DNA of 50,009 nucleotides from assembly GCA_018398765.1 (NCBI GenBank), contig JAHBMJ010000329.1, forward strand, positions 1-50,009, written 5' to 3'. The position numbers and the translations under genes are program-made. The stretch is from Chromera velia. Taxonomy: Eukaryota. This document shows, piece after piece, positions 30,336 to 43,400 of this stretch; position 1 is the first letter of the stretch, and each line of letters opens with the position of its first letter. The notes beneath the pieces are model-generated. The model had not been told where the DNA came from and did no database searches. It saw only the letters and a list, made by a program, of their open reading frames with translations.

Positions 30336-33300
30336 TTTCCTTTCCTTGTGGTCCTCTTTGACTTCCTGCCTTCTGTGGAATTTTCTATGGCCTACGCTCA
30401 GAAGGGAAGTGCATGTGTCACCTGCTGTCTGTACACATTCATTGATGTGTCTGTTTCGAGTAATGTGCTTCCCCTCCCGATACACGCACTCGATCAAAAA
30501 GAAAGGATGGACGGATGGATGTCAAGAAAGAACCCGGGAGGGGCCTTGCACACACACTTCTCAGCATGCATGTGTACACATGCTGCAGTGCAGTGGGCAC
30601 ACAAAGGAAGCACTGACATACCGCAGTTTGGCGTCAAGAAGCTGCTGCTGCAAAGTGTGCAGCCAGTCAGCCGAGCAATCCTTAAAAGCAGTAGCGGCAG
30701 CCTCCTGCAGAAGTGCACGGCAAAAAAAAACAATGAATGAAAAAGCGAGGAAGAGAAGGAAGAGGTGCCGTGGAGATCCGAAAGTTTCCTCCGAGTCAGA
30801 CTTACTTACTCCCTTTCATCCACATCCATCCACAACAATTAAATCACTCAGCAAACAAGGTGTACGTATTTGGGGGAAAGATCACCACGAGTCGCGTGGT
30901 TGGTCTCTCTCTCTGTTAGGAAAATTCTTTCTTATTGATTCGGTCAGTCGTTCAGCTGTTCTTTTCGTGGCAGGACAGACGACAGGGCCTCTCTCTGCCT
31001 TCTCTCTCTCTCTGTGTGTGTGTGTGTGTGTGTGTCTTTGCTTTCCTTTTGCAGAAACCCATCCATCCAGCCACTCACCCACCTTCCACAGCCTCAAGTC
31101 AGCACCCAGCTCCTCAACTCTCGAAACCAGGGCGCTGATCTCGTGCCCCGATTCCAATTTTTCGGCTCTCTCCTTCACGCCCCCCCCCGCCCCAACCCCA
31201 ACCCCAGGGAGACCAAGAGCCTCCCCCTCTCCTTCTCCTTCAAACTCGCACTCAGAGACCGCACTTCTTGCAGGACCACCTGGACGCCTCTCTCTGCTAT
31301 CGGCCATGATGTCCTTCAGGGCCGAGCGCAGGGCGTCGGCAAGTCGCTTGGCCTCGCAGACCTCCTCCAAATCCTCCGCCGCCGCGAGCTTCTTCTTTTT
31401 CTTTCCCCCCGGTCCTTCTGCTTGACCCGCTCCTCCGACTCCGACCTTCAAAGAACCAACAGAGACGGACACAGGAGACGATTTCTCACTGTCCTTCCCC
31501 TCTCCTTCGGATTCCACCCCTTGACGCAACCTGCCTCCTGCCTCCTCACTCTGGCGCCTCCGTGCTGCCGATAGAGTGAGGCTGAAAGAAGGATCAGATG
31601 CTGACAGAGGCAAGCCAGCTCTTTCTGCCGTGTGAGCGTCGCCCTCTTCCTCCAGAGCCCCTACAGAAGGAACCCTTTTGACGGTGCACCGGCCTGAATC
31701 ATCCTCAGTCCCATCACCCCCCACAACACCTTCGCCCTCCAGCTCCCTCTCTCTTCTGCTCTCTTTTAGAGAGATGTCTCGAGCGTGAACTTTCCTGCTT
31801 AACCACAACTGCCTCTTCACATCGGACAGAAGAGAAATCAGCGTCTTCGTCTGCCTGTTCAACAGCTCAGCGTGGAACGCCTTGCGCTGCTCCGAGATTC
31901 GGGCAACAGAAGCCGCCCTTTGAGCTGCTGCCACGAGAGACTGGGGCACCAACCGGGACACCTCTGAACTGCAAGAAGGAAAAGGGTGATGGCCATAGGT
32001 GCTTGTTTGTTTTCTTCTATCATATGTAGGAGTTCGAAACAAGCGAGCCAGAGAAGCCACATATATTAATGGATATATCCATACAGGGTTTCCAGGATGG
32101 TGCATGATTAAGTGAAGAGTTCGGACGAGCAGAGCCATCAGAAAGACAGGAAGGAGATGAAGAGAGAGATCGAAAGAGAAAATTTCGATTGAACTTAGTG
32201 GAGTCAATCGGCAATCTTTTTTGCTATCGGGACAAAGAAAGTTACTGACTGACTGCCTTTTCCTCTTTATTTCTGTCTTTCTTTCTCTGATTGATTGCCT
32301 GATTGATTGATTGGTTGGTTGGTTGGTTGGTTGGTTGATTGATTGGTTGTTTGATTGATTGATTGATTGGTTGGTTGATTGATTGATCGGTTGATTAATC
32401 GGTTGATTGATGCGTTTTCTTTTTGAAGGATTCTGCTTCCTCGGCATGCACTCACACGTCCCTTTACTGCATGCACGCAGTCTCTCTCAAGAGGCTCCCT
32501 CACAGTGAAGAAACAAACCAAGCAGACAGGAAAGAAACTATGATGGATGTGCGAAGCTGCTTACTTCTCTTTGAATTTTTCTTTCTTTCCTGCCATAAGG
32601 CCTAATGGATATCGACAGACACGTAGACAGAGAGGCAGCCAAAGAAAATAACACACTGACGCACGCACTGACGGACGCGTGTTTTCTGGACAGATCGATA
32701 ACTTCCTTGATCAGGTGGGGAACCTTGACGAAGCTCTCGTAAATCGCCTTCAACTGAAAAGCAAAGTACCGCATCAGGAGGACCGCATGATGGGTTGTTC
32801 TTTTTGATTCTGCTGCTTCTGGTGCCTCTGCCTCCTCAACGAAACAATCTGCTGCCTCATCCTCCCCCCCCTTGGCGAGTTGCTGAGGCCGCTTCTCTCG
32901 TTTGTCGGTCTCTTCCACCGCCCCAGAATTCAGCGAAGGAACCTGCACGGGCAATTGCAGCTGCTGGAGAGGAAGGGGGAGGGGGAGAGCCCCGCTGGCC
33001 ACCTTCACTTCCTGACGCAGACGCTTCTCGACCTGCAGTCAGACAGGCGTGCATAAATGCAGAAAACGTGAAGGGTGAAAGAAAGGGAAACAAACACATT
33101 GGCGCAAACCTTGGGTTGAAGAGGGAGATCGAAATCTTCCGGTACCTTCCATTTGCGGTTCTATCTCGCTTGCTCGAGCTTCTCTCTCCTTCTCGTCCTC
33201 CACGGCCATTTCAGTCAGTGCAACCGGCTTGAATCGACTTGAAGGAAGACGCAGGCGCGAGGGGACGGAGAAAAGAGACCAAAGTAACAAATTATGGACA

Positions 33301-36300
33301 GATCAAAAGACAGGGAATTAAGCAGAGAGATAGGCAGGCAGACGGATCGACTGACGTCAAGTACTGCGTACGCCACCTCTCTTCTGAGGTTCTCAATGTC
33401 ATTGGTCATCTCCTGAGACCGTGCCGTCATCTCCCCCGCCAAGGGGACCTGCTGCCCCTGGGAAGAGACTCCAAAGGCGAGACCGTTCCCTAAACCTGCC
33501 CCCGCCGCCGCTGTGCCTGCAGCAGCAGAACTGCACGGAGGATGTGGCAAGATGCTGCAAATCCCCGGGGGGATGGAAGAGGAAGAGGACAACGGCAGAG
33601 GAGCGCCTTCTGCCCCCGTGTCCTCCTCACACCCCGCCGTTTTGCTCTCCCTCTGCCTCCCTGCTGGGTGAAGAGGCTTCACACTGCATGGGCCCCTCTC
33701 ATGACCGCCGAAATCCAACGAAGAGGATGCTGCACCCCCACAGGGTGTCGAGTGGTCATACCCGGGCCAACCCCCCCAGCTACCTACTGCTGCGGCAACT
33801 GCAGGTGCCACACCGAGTTCCACTTCGCCGGGGCCCGTGGAGCCCCCCACGCCAACCCCGAGTTGACAAGTTTGCCGGGGCCCTTGTGGGCCTCCTGGAG
33901 GGTTGGGCCCTCCGGCGGAAGGAAGAGTCTCGTCGATGGGAAGGACCAGGGAGGCGTGGGAGACTGACCGGGAGAGTGCGAGTCTGGGTGAGTGGCTACA
34001 CACAGAGAGAGAATGCAACGGTGAGGGCGGAACAGAGGCACCAGTGAAGGCAGCAGGCGTCGGTGTCGCAGGACGAGTGCCTGGGTGTCTCGCAGTTCGT
34101 GGACCTCTTTCTCTTTCTCTTTCTCCCTCCCCTGCGGTCGATGAAGGAGGGGGAAGATCAATGGAAGTCCTCAAGGCTGAATCGTCTGCAGGCATATCAT
34201 GTGACAAAAGGAAATTAAGGAAACGGTCACTCGTGACTGTTCGGTGTCAGGCCAACGAAAGAGATTTGGAGGCAGGCAGGCAGGCACATAGACATTCACA
34301 GAAAGCAAAGTATACAGCAACCTCGCGAGAGAAAAGGTGGAAGGGAGTAAGAAAGAAGGAAACACAAGACCAGAGAGAGAGATGATGACGGGGGGACGTG
34401 GCAGGCAGGAAAGAGGCAGTGCTGCAGCTGTCTGCAATCATGCAGACAGTATGAAGATCGATAGAAGGAAGGAAGGAAGGAAGGAAGAAAGGAAGGAAGG
34501 AAGGAAGGAAGGAAAGAAAGAAAGGGAAGGGAGGAAGGAAGGAAGGAAGGAAAGAAGCATTCACTAATTCATTCATTTCTTCTTATCCAGTTTTCATCCC
34601 TTAATTCCCTCACTCATTTGGACATGGAAGGAAGTCATTGACTGACGTACCCAGCCGCAGGGACCGATTTGGACCCTCTGTCCCCGCATGCACTCCATCT
34701 TCGATTCTTCGAGGGGTAACCGTCCCGCCCAAAGCGGATGAGGAAGAGAGAGGGGGAGCGGTCTCGTCAGCCTCGCTTTCCTTTCCTTCCCCAGCTGCAA
34801 CAGGCTCATTTGTGCTCTCGGCCTCCGGAGGGGCAGACACGGACTGCATGCCCCCTGAAGACGAGGGAGCGCTGGGTGCGACACGGAAAGCAGTCTGTTC
34901 ATCGGATGCACCCAGGCAGCCATTGCTCCAGCTGTCGTTGCCTCTGTTGCCTTTCTCCCCCCTGTCACCTTCAAGGGAACCATCCCCGGAGAGAATTCCC
35001 TTCAGGGGAATGGCGTCACCCCCCCCCCTTGCTCGGAGGTCGTCTGGGTGGAGGGCAGCGTGGCAGCTGCTGTCTTCGTCTGTCCATGCGGAGGCCGACT
35101 TCGACATTTGCGCATAGCTGTCAGGTGCCGGGGTGTGTGGAAGCTCTAAGCGGGCAGGAGCGAGAAAGTGAGTGTGCGGCTGTTTGTGCACCCCCAAACA
35201 TGTGGTGCACGTTTGTCTCTGCATCACTCTCGCATTGAGTGCGGCTGTGTGGACGGCAGGCTGCAGAAGCATCACGAGTCTTTGGGCTAGGGGAAGAGAA
35301 GAGGAAGAGTTTCTCCCTCCCCCTCTTCGCTCTTTCTCTCTACCAGCCCCCCCGTGCACGGAACTTTCTCTCGGGGTGCGTGAAGGGTGCGAAGACGCAG
35401 AGACTCCCCTAGATGCCTCTGCGTCTACTGATTCGGATTGAGACGGAGACGCACGACCCTGTGCATCATGCGGGGGTCGGTCTTCTGTGTTGACGACTAG
35501 CGCTTCAGCATCATGAGGAGACCCCGTGAGAGACCGATGTTCGCCCAATCTCCCATTGGGTGTGTCAAGCGAGGGCGTGCACGTGCCTGTGCGAGTCTGG
35601 GCTGCCAGACTGATAGTGGCGGAGGACTCAGTGGAATCAATTGACAAAGAGACGGCGTCTCCGTTGTGTGTCTGATTCTCTAGAGCTGCCCCTGTTCTCT
35701 GAAATAAGGAGGTATCTGTCTCCCTTTCTCGTTTCTTCCTCTGTGATGTGTATGCCGCCTCAATCTCGACAGTGTCCACAGAGATCCGAACAACCCGAGA
35801 GGAGGGAAGGGAATCTTCCTCCTCCGCCTGCATGGGGGGACAGGGACGGGACAGCAACCCCCCTAACCCCCCTTCAGACACCCCCCACTGTTTTCCCACA
35901 GGTGTCTGGGGAGGACCGGTAGAAGCTGTGGGGGCCGCAGAGGAAATACCAGACCGCGCAGAGGCTCGTCCTCCTGTACCTCCCGCATCCCCCTTTTCCG
36001 CCTCCTCCTCGGGGGAATGGGGATCTATATCTCCGTCTTCTCCCTCACCCCCGGGGGCGGCTTTGAGGTCCTGAAGACTCTCAATCGCTATCGAAGGGGG
36101 GAGAGTGCCATTGACACTCCGTCCATTCTCTCGCAGAGCCATCCCCTGTTCATCCCTCTCTCTCTCTGTCTTCCCGCTTGCAGTCACAGAAACCGAGGGA
36201 GGAACAACGAGCTCGGTGCCCTGGGAGGACCACTGCCCAGCCCTTGAACCAGACGGATTCGGAGACAGGGACACCGACATCATCCTGCCTGCATCCCTGA

Positions 36301-39300
36301 CATCCTCCTCGTGCCCCCCTTCCACGTCGGTGAAGCGCCCCACTCTCTTCCCTTCAGAACAAGAAGCCCCCCTCACCCCCTGCACGTCGTCTCCGCTGTC
36401 TCTGTTCTCTTCGCTTGCCTCTTCTACGCAGACTTGCTGAGAGAGCCTCAGAGCCTGTAGACATGCTAGCTCGGCCACCTCTGCTCTCCTCTGACTTGCT
36501 GCCAAGAGCTGACCGAGGTACCTCCTGGTCCTTTCCAGCTCTGCTGCCTGGTCTATCAACAGGGCCCTGCACGCAACATGCATCATTGCAACATTGGTCT
36601 ATCAACAGGGCCGTGCACGCAACATGCATCATTGCAACATTGGTCTATCAACAGGGCCCTGCACGCAACATGCATCATTGCAACATTGGTCTATCAACAG
36701 GGCCCTGCACGCAACATGCATCATTGCAACATTGGAACATGACTACTTGCTCACTCATTCAGTTGTTGACAAACCGACCACACACACACACACACACAGA
36801 CAAGATAGATTTCGTCTCGTCTGTCACCACCTACCCCGCTAATTCTACAAAATCCCGACTGGTAGAAAGAAGCAACGAAATGGAACAGCACGAGCAAAGG
36901 AAGGGACTGCAGGTACGTCTGTGGAGAGGAAAGGGATCTACGAAGAAGAATGGAAGAGGCAAGAGAGGGAAAAAGAAACTTTCCCGTCGTAGAGAGTCGA
37001 ATAAACCTAGCTCCATACAGCTCACTTTCAACCCTTCCCGCTGAGCCAGCCAGACAGACAGACACGCAGACCCACCCAAGCCGCGCTTGTTTGTCCTTGC
37101 CCTCTGCCGATTCCTTTCTGTTGGCAGCTGCAGAAGTAGCCGGAGACGGGAAGGATTCCCCCCGAGGCTGCTGGGAGGGGCAGTGACGATTATTGATAAC
37201 CTGCCCTGCACCCACTCCTTCTCCTTCTCCACCTCTCTCTCCTTCGCCTTCTTCCCGGGAAAACGCTTCGTCACTACCACCCATTCCTCCCGGACGTTGG
37301 TGCTTCAACAAAGACGACGAGGAAAGGGAGTTGGAAGCCCCAACGCCGTGCTTGCCAGCCTCCAGATTTTCTTCATCATGGCTGCTGTCGGTCTGCACCT
37401 CCCTCTCTTTTGTGCCTCTTTCCACCCCTCTCGGCAAATCAGTCTCTCTCTCTGTTTCCGTTTCTGCATCGGCTCGAGAGGAACAGGACCAGGACCCCGG
37501 CAACGGCACCGCATCAGTCGCTGCGTCTGCCGTTGCCGGGGCCTTTTCTTTCATGAGTAGTGAAGGAGACGGAGAGACTGCAGCTAGGCGCGCCTCAAGA
37601 ACTCGTTTCTCGTGCTCCAACATGACCTTGTCGGTTCGGAGCTTTGGCATCTCTACTTTCAAATAGTCTTCCAGCTCCGAAATGCGGGATTCGGCGTTGT
37701 GATAACGTTGAGCAAGCTGCTCGTATGTCGCGATTGGTACAGACGACAGTGACAAAAGAGGCGGGAGAGACGAAGAAGAAGAACGGATCTTCTGCTGAGA
37801 GTCTCCTTCGGCAGCAGGAAAAGAAACGGAGTCTGCTCCCGCTACTGCAGCAGCAGTCCTGGGGCCAGACTCCAAAGCAATACCTCCTCCTACCCCGAAC
37901 GGACCCTGTTGTTGGCTTTGCTGATGCGACGACCGGCTGATCTGATGGAGGGACCTTAGTTCCTTTCGGAGTCTCGCGACTTCGTCTCTCGAAGTCTCCT
38001 CCACTCTCGCTGCTTTCTTTTTCTCCTGCTCTGCCTCCGCTCTCGCCTCCTCCACCTCACGGCGGCTCTGGGCCTGCTCGGCCGCGTGTACTCCCGCCTG
38101 TTGTCTGATATAGGCTTCTAATTCTGCAACCCTCAGAAAGGGGGCTCTGCTGTCCGAAGATCCCTCAGCAGGCCCTCCCCCCGACTGCGCACCTCCAGCC
38201 GTCGCACCGTTCCGCTCCCGCTCCTTCTGATGCTGCTTAGTTGACTGCTGCTGCTGCTGCTGCGACTGGTGTTTGGCCGACCAGCGGAGTGAACCGGCGC
38301 CCCCGGCCCTCCCCTGCCCCCCCCCCCCAAAGCCAGAACCAGAACCGGCATTTGCAACTGAATGCTCCGGACGATCCGACCCTCCTACTCCTCCTGCAAG
38401 CAATTGAGAGAACAAAGAAAAAAACAATGCAACACGCGGACTTACTCAAAAGAAGATTTTTAAAAAGTAGCCAGCGACAGGGGAATGGAGGGAGGGAGAG
38501 AGGGATGGAGTCTCGAGAACGGTCACTCTGGCTGGATTCAACTAGGAGGCAGCGCTGCATTCGACTAGCATTGTATTGTTTTGATTGGCCTGCGATCGCC
38601 TTCTTGGTGCATGATGCATCGAGAGGGATCCATTTCAAAATGTCTCTCTAGATAGGTGCATGCATGCATGTCTATCAGCTGGTTCACACACATATATATA
38701 CATGCATGCATGCAGGTGTGAACACAAGCAGGCGCGTAAAAAAAGGTTGGGAAATACGTCTTGCCTCCTCCTTCTCTTGCCAATGGCTGTCGGTGGTCTC
38801 TCTGCGTTCTCTCTGAAGGCAACAACACAAAGTAGCGCCCCAGCGAAAAGAAAAGAAAACAGACGGAAAGGAAGGACCACATCCATGCAACAGGGCAACC
38901 CCCATGGATGCAAATAAATGCATGACCTGACTGACCTCCTTGCACACCTTGAAGAAGCATCCGTTCCTCCTCGAGCATCGCCAGCCTCCGAAGTGCTTTG
39001 TCTCTCTCCTTTTCCTGCAAGCAAGCGGGGGAGAGGCAGCACGGGACGGGACGGGACAGGAAAGGGTTTAAAAAAAAAAAAAACCTTCATTTTGAGCAAA
39101 TCGGGAGAGAGCCGTTTGCTACCTTGCCTGAGTTCCTTCCTTTCAAATAGAGGCGCATATGCGTTCGCGGGTGACCCTGACAAAAGCAGTCCATGTCTGA
39201 ATTCCGATTCATTCTGTCTCTCCACTGTAAAAATAGAAGGAAGAAAATAAGGCAAAAATGCGTGGTGATGTCATCGACATCACGGAAAGAAAGAGAAAGA

Positions 39301-42300
39301 AAGAAAGAAAGAAAGAAAGAAAAGAAAGAAAGAAAGAAAGAAAGAAGCGAGATATGAGTGCGCGCTTTTCAGACCTCAAGGATAGATCACGCGAGGAGAG
39401 GAGAGGAATGCTTCATTCAGAGAGACTCTGTCAGTCAGTCAGTCAGTCAGTCTGTCGGGCTGCTTTGGGAGGGCTGAAAGAAAACACAGGGGAGGGAGGC
39501 AATGAACTGGGGGGGGATGCTAAGCGTGATTCATGAGAGATGTAGATAGAAGCCAGACATACCCACATACCGCGATGCTTGCAGTGTTTCTCATTCTCTC
39601 TGCTTCCTCTTTGGCCCCTCTGAGCTCAAGACTCTCCCTTCGGTGAAGGTTGAGCGATTCTTCGGTTACTCTCAACTCTTTCAGGACTTCCTCATACTTC
39701 CGTCTCACCAAACCGAGTTCATCCACCTCCTCCTCCCCCTGAGACCCCATCGCAGATCCCATACTACGCGTCTTCGGAAGACTGCGAAGACTGGACTGGG
39801 AAGGGTGAGGGTTGCCCAGCAGACCCCCTTGAGACGGGGGCGGTTGAAGGAGGGGCGATTGCTGCTGCTGCTGGTGCTGCCTTTGACCTATAGTCATCAT
39901 GTGGGAGGAGTCCTTTTCCCCCCCGTGAGTGCCTTTCTGCTCTTGATCTTCGATCTCTTTCTTTCTCAGATTCAAAAGGGCACGTCGCAGCGATACCGAT
40001 ACTTCCTCGCTTGCCCCCCGCTCCTTCTCTTTGTCCTTCCCCTTCTCCCCGTCACCATCACCAGTCTTCTGTCTAGCTAGTCGCGCATGACCGTACTGGT
40101 GCGTAGGGGAAGGGGACTGGGAAGACGCACCGGCAGCATTTGGGGCGCCTGCCACAATCTCTGCAGCGCCTGCCGAGGTTTTTCTAGTCTGGCTGGCGTG
40201 GCTTTTTGTATGGGGTGTGTCGGAGGAAAAAGGAGCGGCGGGGGATAGAGAAGCACTGTGCTGCTCCAACGAAGCAATGCGGTAGCATTCTTGCGAAGAG
40301 GCCGTAGCAGAACCAGAGGAAGGCACAGTGACAGCAGAAGGCGGAGACGGAGGCAAAAGCTTAATGGCTGCTGACTCGTCTGCCACCATCGTTCTATTCA
40401 CATTCGGACAACTACTGTCCCCGTCTCTAACTTCCTCTTCTCCAACCACAGCCACATCTCCACATTCGTTTTTCTTTTCCGACAAGGGGAAGTTTTCCCC
40501 CTCCCCCTTTTGTGAGTAGTGCAAATTCAGACCCCCATGTATTGGGAGCATGGCTCGCTGCCCCACCCATGAGGGGATGTCCTTCTCCTTTCTACCCCCA
40601 TTTCCACTTCCACCTCCGCCCCCAGAACCGACAGCCACAGCCCCCGTTTTATATCTAGGGTCCGAAAACACAGGCCCCAAGGCGTCCTTGAGGACAGCCA
40701 AGATTCGTGGGACTGGCGCTCTTCTCTCTCTATTCACACGCCTGGGCCCTCCTTCTTTCTCCCCTTCTCCGTCTCTGATCATGTGTTCACCTTCTGCGAC
40801 TGATCTGTCAGCACCCGGAAACCCCGGGTGGGGGCCTCTGAGAGAACTGGATGACCCTCCCGTCTCCTCGTTGGAAGAAGAGGAAGGGGGAGGAGGAGCT
40901 GCAGGACAGGCTCCCGCTCCCAATGCCCGACTGCTGGCATCTGCGGTTGCAGGGGTGGAGGCGAAAGGAAACACGTGCTGATGCGAAGATTCTTTTCCAC
41001 CAACTCCAGCAGCCTGTTTCTGCTGATGGTTCTTTCCCTTCTCTTGTTTCTGCTCCTCCTCCTCCTCCGTCAGCAACTCGAACAACCGCGCAATTTTATC
41101 CATCTTGAGCCGAAACTCTCGTTCGATGTCATTCTTCTCACGGGTTAGAGCGGAGTGCCGGCGACGCCACAAATCCGCTTCCATCCTCCACTTTGCCACA
41201 AATCCATCCCGGGTTTCCCTTCCCCCCCTGTCCTCCTGCTCCTCCTGCACATTCCCCCCCCCCGTTCGACTGCTGCTGCGATCCGGTACTCCCACCGAAA
41301 CTCCGCCTGCAGCGTTCCGCCCAACACCACCTGCTTCCGCCCCGCCGACTGAGGCAACAGACTGGGATGTGCTGCCTTGCGGCGGCTGCTGCTGTGTGTC
41401 TCTGCGAAGAAGTCTGTTCGTTTCTTCTTGCATCCGCAAGACGTCAACGTGCAGACCCTCATTTTCACACTGCAGTTGAAAATTCGCTCTCATCACCTCT
41501 TCAAGCTTTCGACGCGTCTCGACCAACTTCTGCTCAAGACAGGCCTCACTCTCGGCGTCGTACCGCCAAATGCTGCTGTTGCCTAGGTCGGTGGGACGGG
41601 AAAAGAGAACCGCGCCGCCCCGAACAGGTGTGGCGGCGGGAACTGCGGGAGTGCCTGTGGAGGCGGGGGAGGGCGCGGGTTTGCAGTTCGTTTCCGATGA
41701 GGCTGACACGGGGGCTACTCCTGCTGGTGGTTGTGGCGGAGCCTCGACAGACCACCCTTCGAAGGCACCAGCAGCAGCAGAGATCGAAGCGGGGTCGTGG
41801 GTTGAAGGTCTTGAAGGGGTTTGTAGGACTGACGCCTGTTTCTGGGGCTGCTTCGTTTCCCCCCTCATCGTTTTCGCTCCCTTCGTTTCTCTTTCACTTT
41901 CTCCTTGTGGAGCCTCTGCACTTGCTGCGATATTGACATTGAAGATGGTGGTGTTTTCGCTAGTCTTGGCAGGAGCACTGGTGGATGTGAGAGGGGTAGG
42001 GAGGGGCACCTCAGGCAGGTAGGAGATTCGAGGATGGGTGGGTGCAGCCTTTGGGTTTGCTTGAGCGTGAGATGGTTGGGGAAACGAGTGAGCAGCGGCG
42101 GTAGAGTGCAGTGGAGGGGGTGGAGGTGGAGGGGGCGGGCGGGGCGCAGAGGGAAAAGGGGTTAGTTTGCGCTCTTGGGTTTGTGCGTGATTCGGCAGAA
42201 CTGAAGACGAAGAAGAAGCAGAGGGGAGAGCGAGGTTTCCATTTGCCCCTGACTGCTGCTGCCACGTAGGAGCCCCCATTTCTGCAGAAAGAAGCGGGGA

Positions 42301-42770
42301 TGGTGCTGTGTGGAAGGAATCGAAGAAGGCAGAAAGGAAGAAAGAGAAAAGGGGCAAGAGCACCAGTCTTGCAATCATTTTAGGGGAGGAAAAAGAGGGG
42401 AATGACAACGAACCGACTGGGTGACACTAACAGAAGAAACCGGGAAAAAAGTGAGCTGACAGAATGTGAAAATATGGATTCAACAGCTCCCAGTACGAAA
42501 GCCGACATAAATCTTCAACAAGGCTTGAAGAGACGTGCATTTCTGTGGAAAGCAAGAAGAGACACCTCAAGACCAAACCTAAAGATTTCCCCCCTACCCA
42601 CTTGATCCCAACAAAAGAAATGACTTACCAAATGACGTTCCTATATGCGGCAGTCTGTATGCCTCTTTTGGGGTCGCCATGAGGGCCGTTGAGGAAGCAG
42701 AAACGGAAGAACTTCCGTTGCACTCCTCAGTCGTTGGGCTCGATGCTATCTCACTGGTCTGCCACATCAT
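25999..42770 (-). CDS. Very large hypothetical protein (about 4002 aa), low-complexity/disordered with coiled-coil segments, 10 exons
   Basis: Exons 42770-42629, 42281-39571, 39014-38936, 38393-37076, 36566-34651, 34185-33356, 33032-32677, 31968-31083, 30704-30622, 29686-25999. All GT-AG, phases match, total 12009 nt. The model links seven long same-strand ORFs. Some donor choices (32677, 33356) are uncertain and no recognisable domain was found. Confidence 0.75.
32288..32411. repeat. (GATT)n/(GGTT)n tetranucleotide microsatellite, intronic
   Basis: Directly visible. Confidence 0.9.
34464..34556. repeat. (GAAG)n microsatellite, intronic
   Basis: Directly visible; a similar (AAAG)n array lies at about 39285-39346. 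Confidence 0.9.
36549..36735. repeat. Tandem repeat, 4 x 46 bp, spanning an intron/exon junction
   Basis: Unit TGGTCTATCAACAGGGCCCTGCACGCAACATGCATCATTGCAACAT starts at 36549, 36595, 36641 and 36687; unit 2 carries one C>G change. Confidence 0.95.
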
Positions 42771-43400
42771 TCCTCAGATGTCCCGACAAAAAAATGATCA
42801 GATAATTTAGATACTGCAATATAGAACTTCCAGCATCGGTAGGCAGGATTCAAAAAGACCTGGTCCCAAAAAGCAGCGTAGGGTCGAACAACCGGCGTGA
42901 CTCTCTTCTTTATACAGAGGTCTATGTACAACCACCCACGAATGAACAAACTCTTCAAAGACTGAACAAGCCAAAACCTGCAGAACCCACGCTCAGAGCC
43001 TGCAAACGGATATGGCCCACTTCTGTACAGAGTCTCTTTCGTCCTTCTCTGCTGCTCCTGACCTAGACATGCAGACAGTCCAAGCTTTCCCACTAGCTGG
43101 AAGCATTCTGCAGTGAAGTTACTGTGTTGCCACCTTTTGCCATCTGCGCGCATCGCAATTTCGCAAAGGCTTTTTTATTTCCTCGCGCACGCGTATACAC
43201 GGCCGCGCGCGTTGATTGGATTATATAGCCCTCCCCTCGCCCGCCGCCCCCCGCGCAGTTAATTCCTCTCCGTTCCTCTCATACATTTTTTAACACTATA
43301 TTTAACTTTATGATAATTGAATCAGATTGATAATTTTGGGCTCAACTCGTAGCCTACCGTAGCCGTTGTATGTGATTACTTCTAAGCAAACTGCTGGCAT

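Noticed and set aside
36549..36735. CRISPR-like array
   Set aside because: The units are head-to-tail with no unique spacers, there are no cas genes, and the context is a eukaryotic intron.
26226..42265. Plus-strand and alternate-frame ORFs overlapping the giant gene
   Set aside because: They are shadow ORFs of GC-rich exons; the - strand spliced frame accounts for them.
42767..43153. 128-aa ORF upstream of the giant gene
   Set aside because: It has no motifs and its stop overlaps the giant gene's start, so it is probably 5' UTR. A uORF role cannot be supported from sequence.
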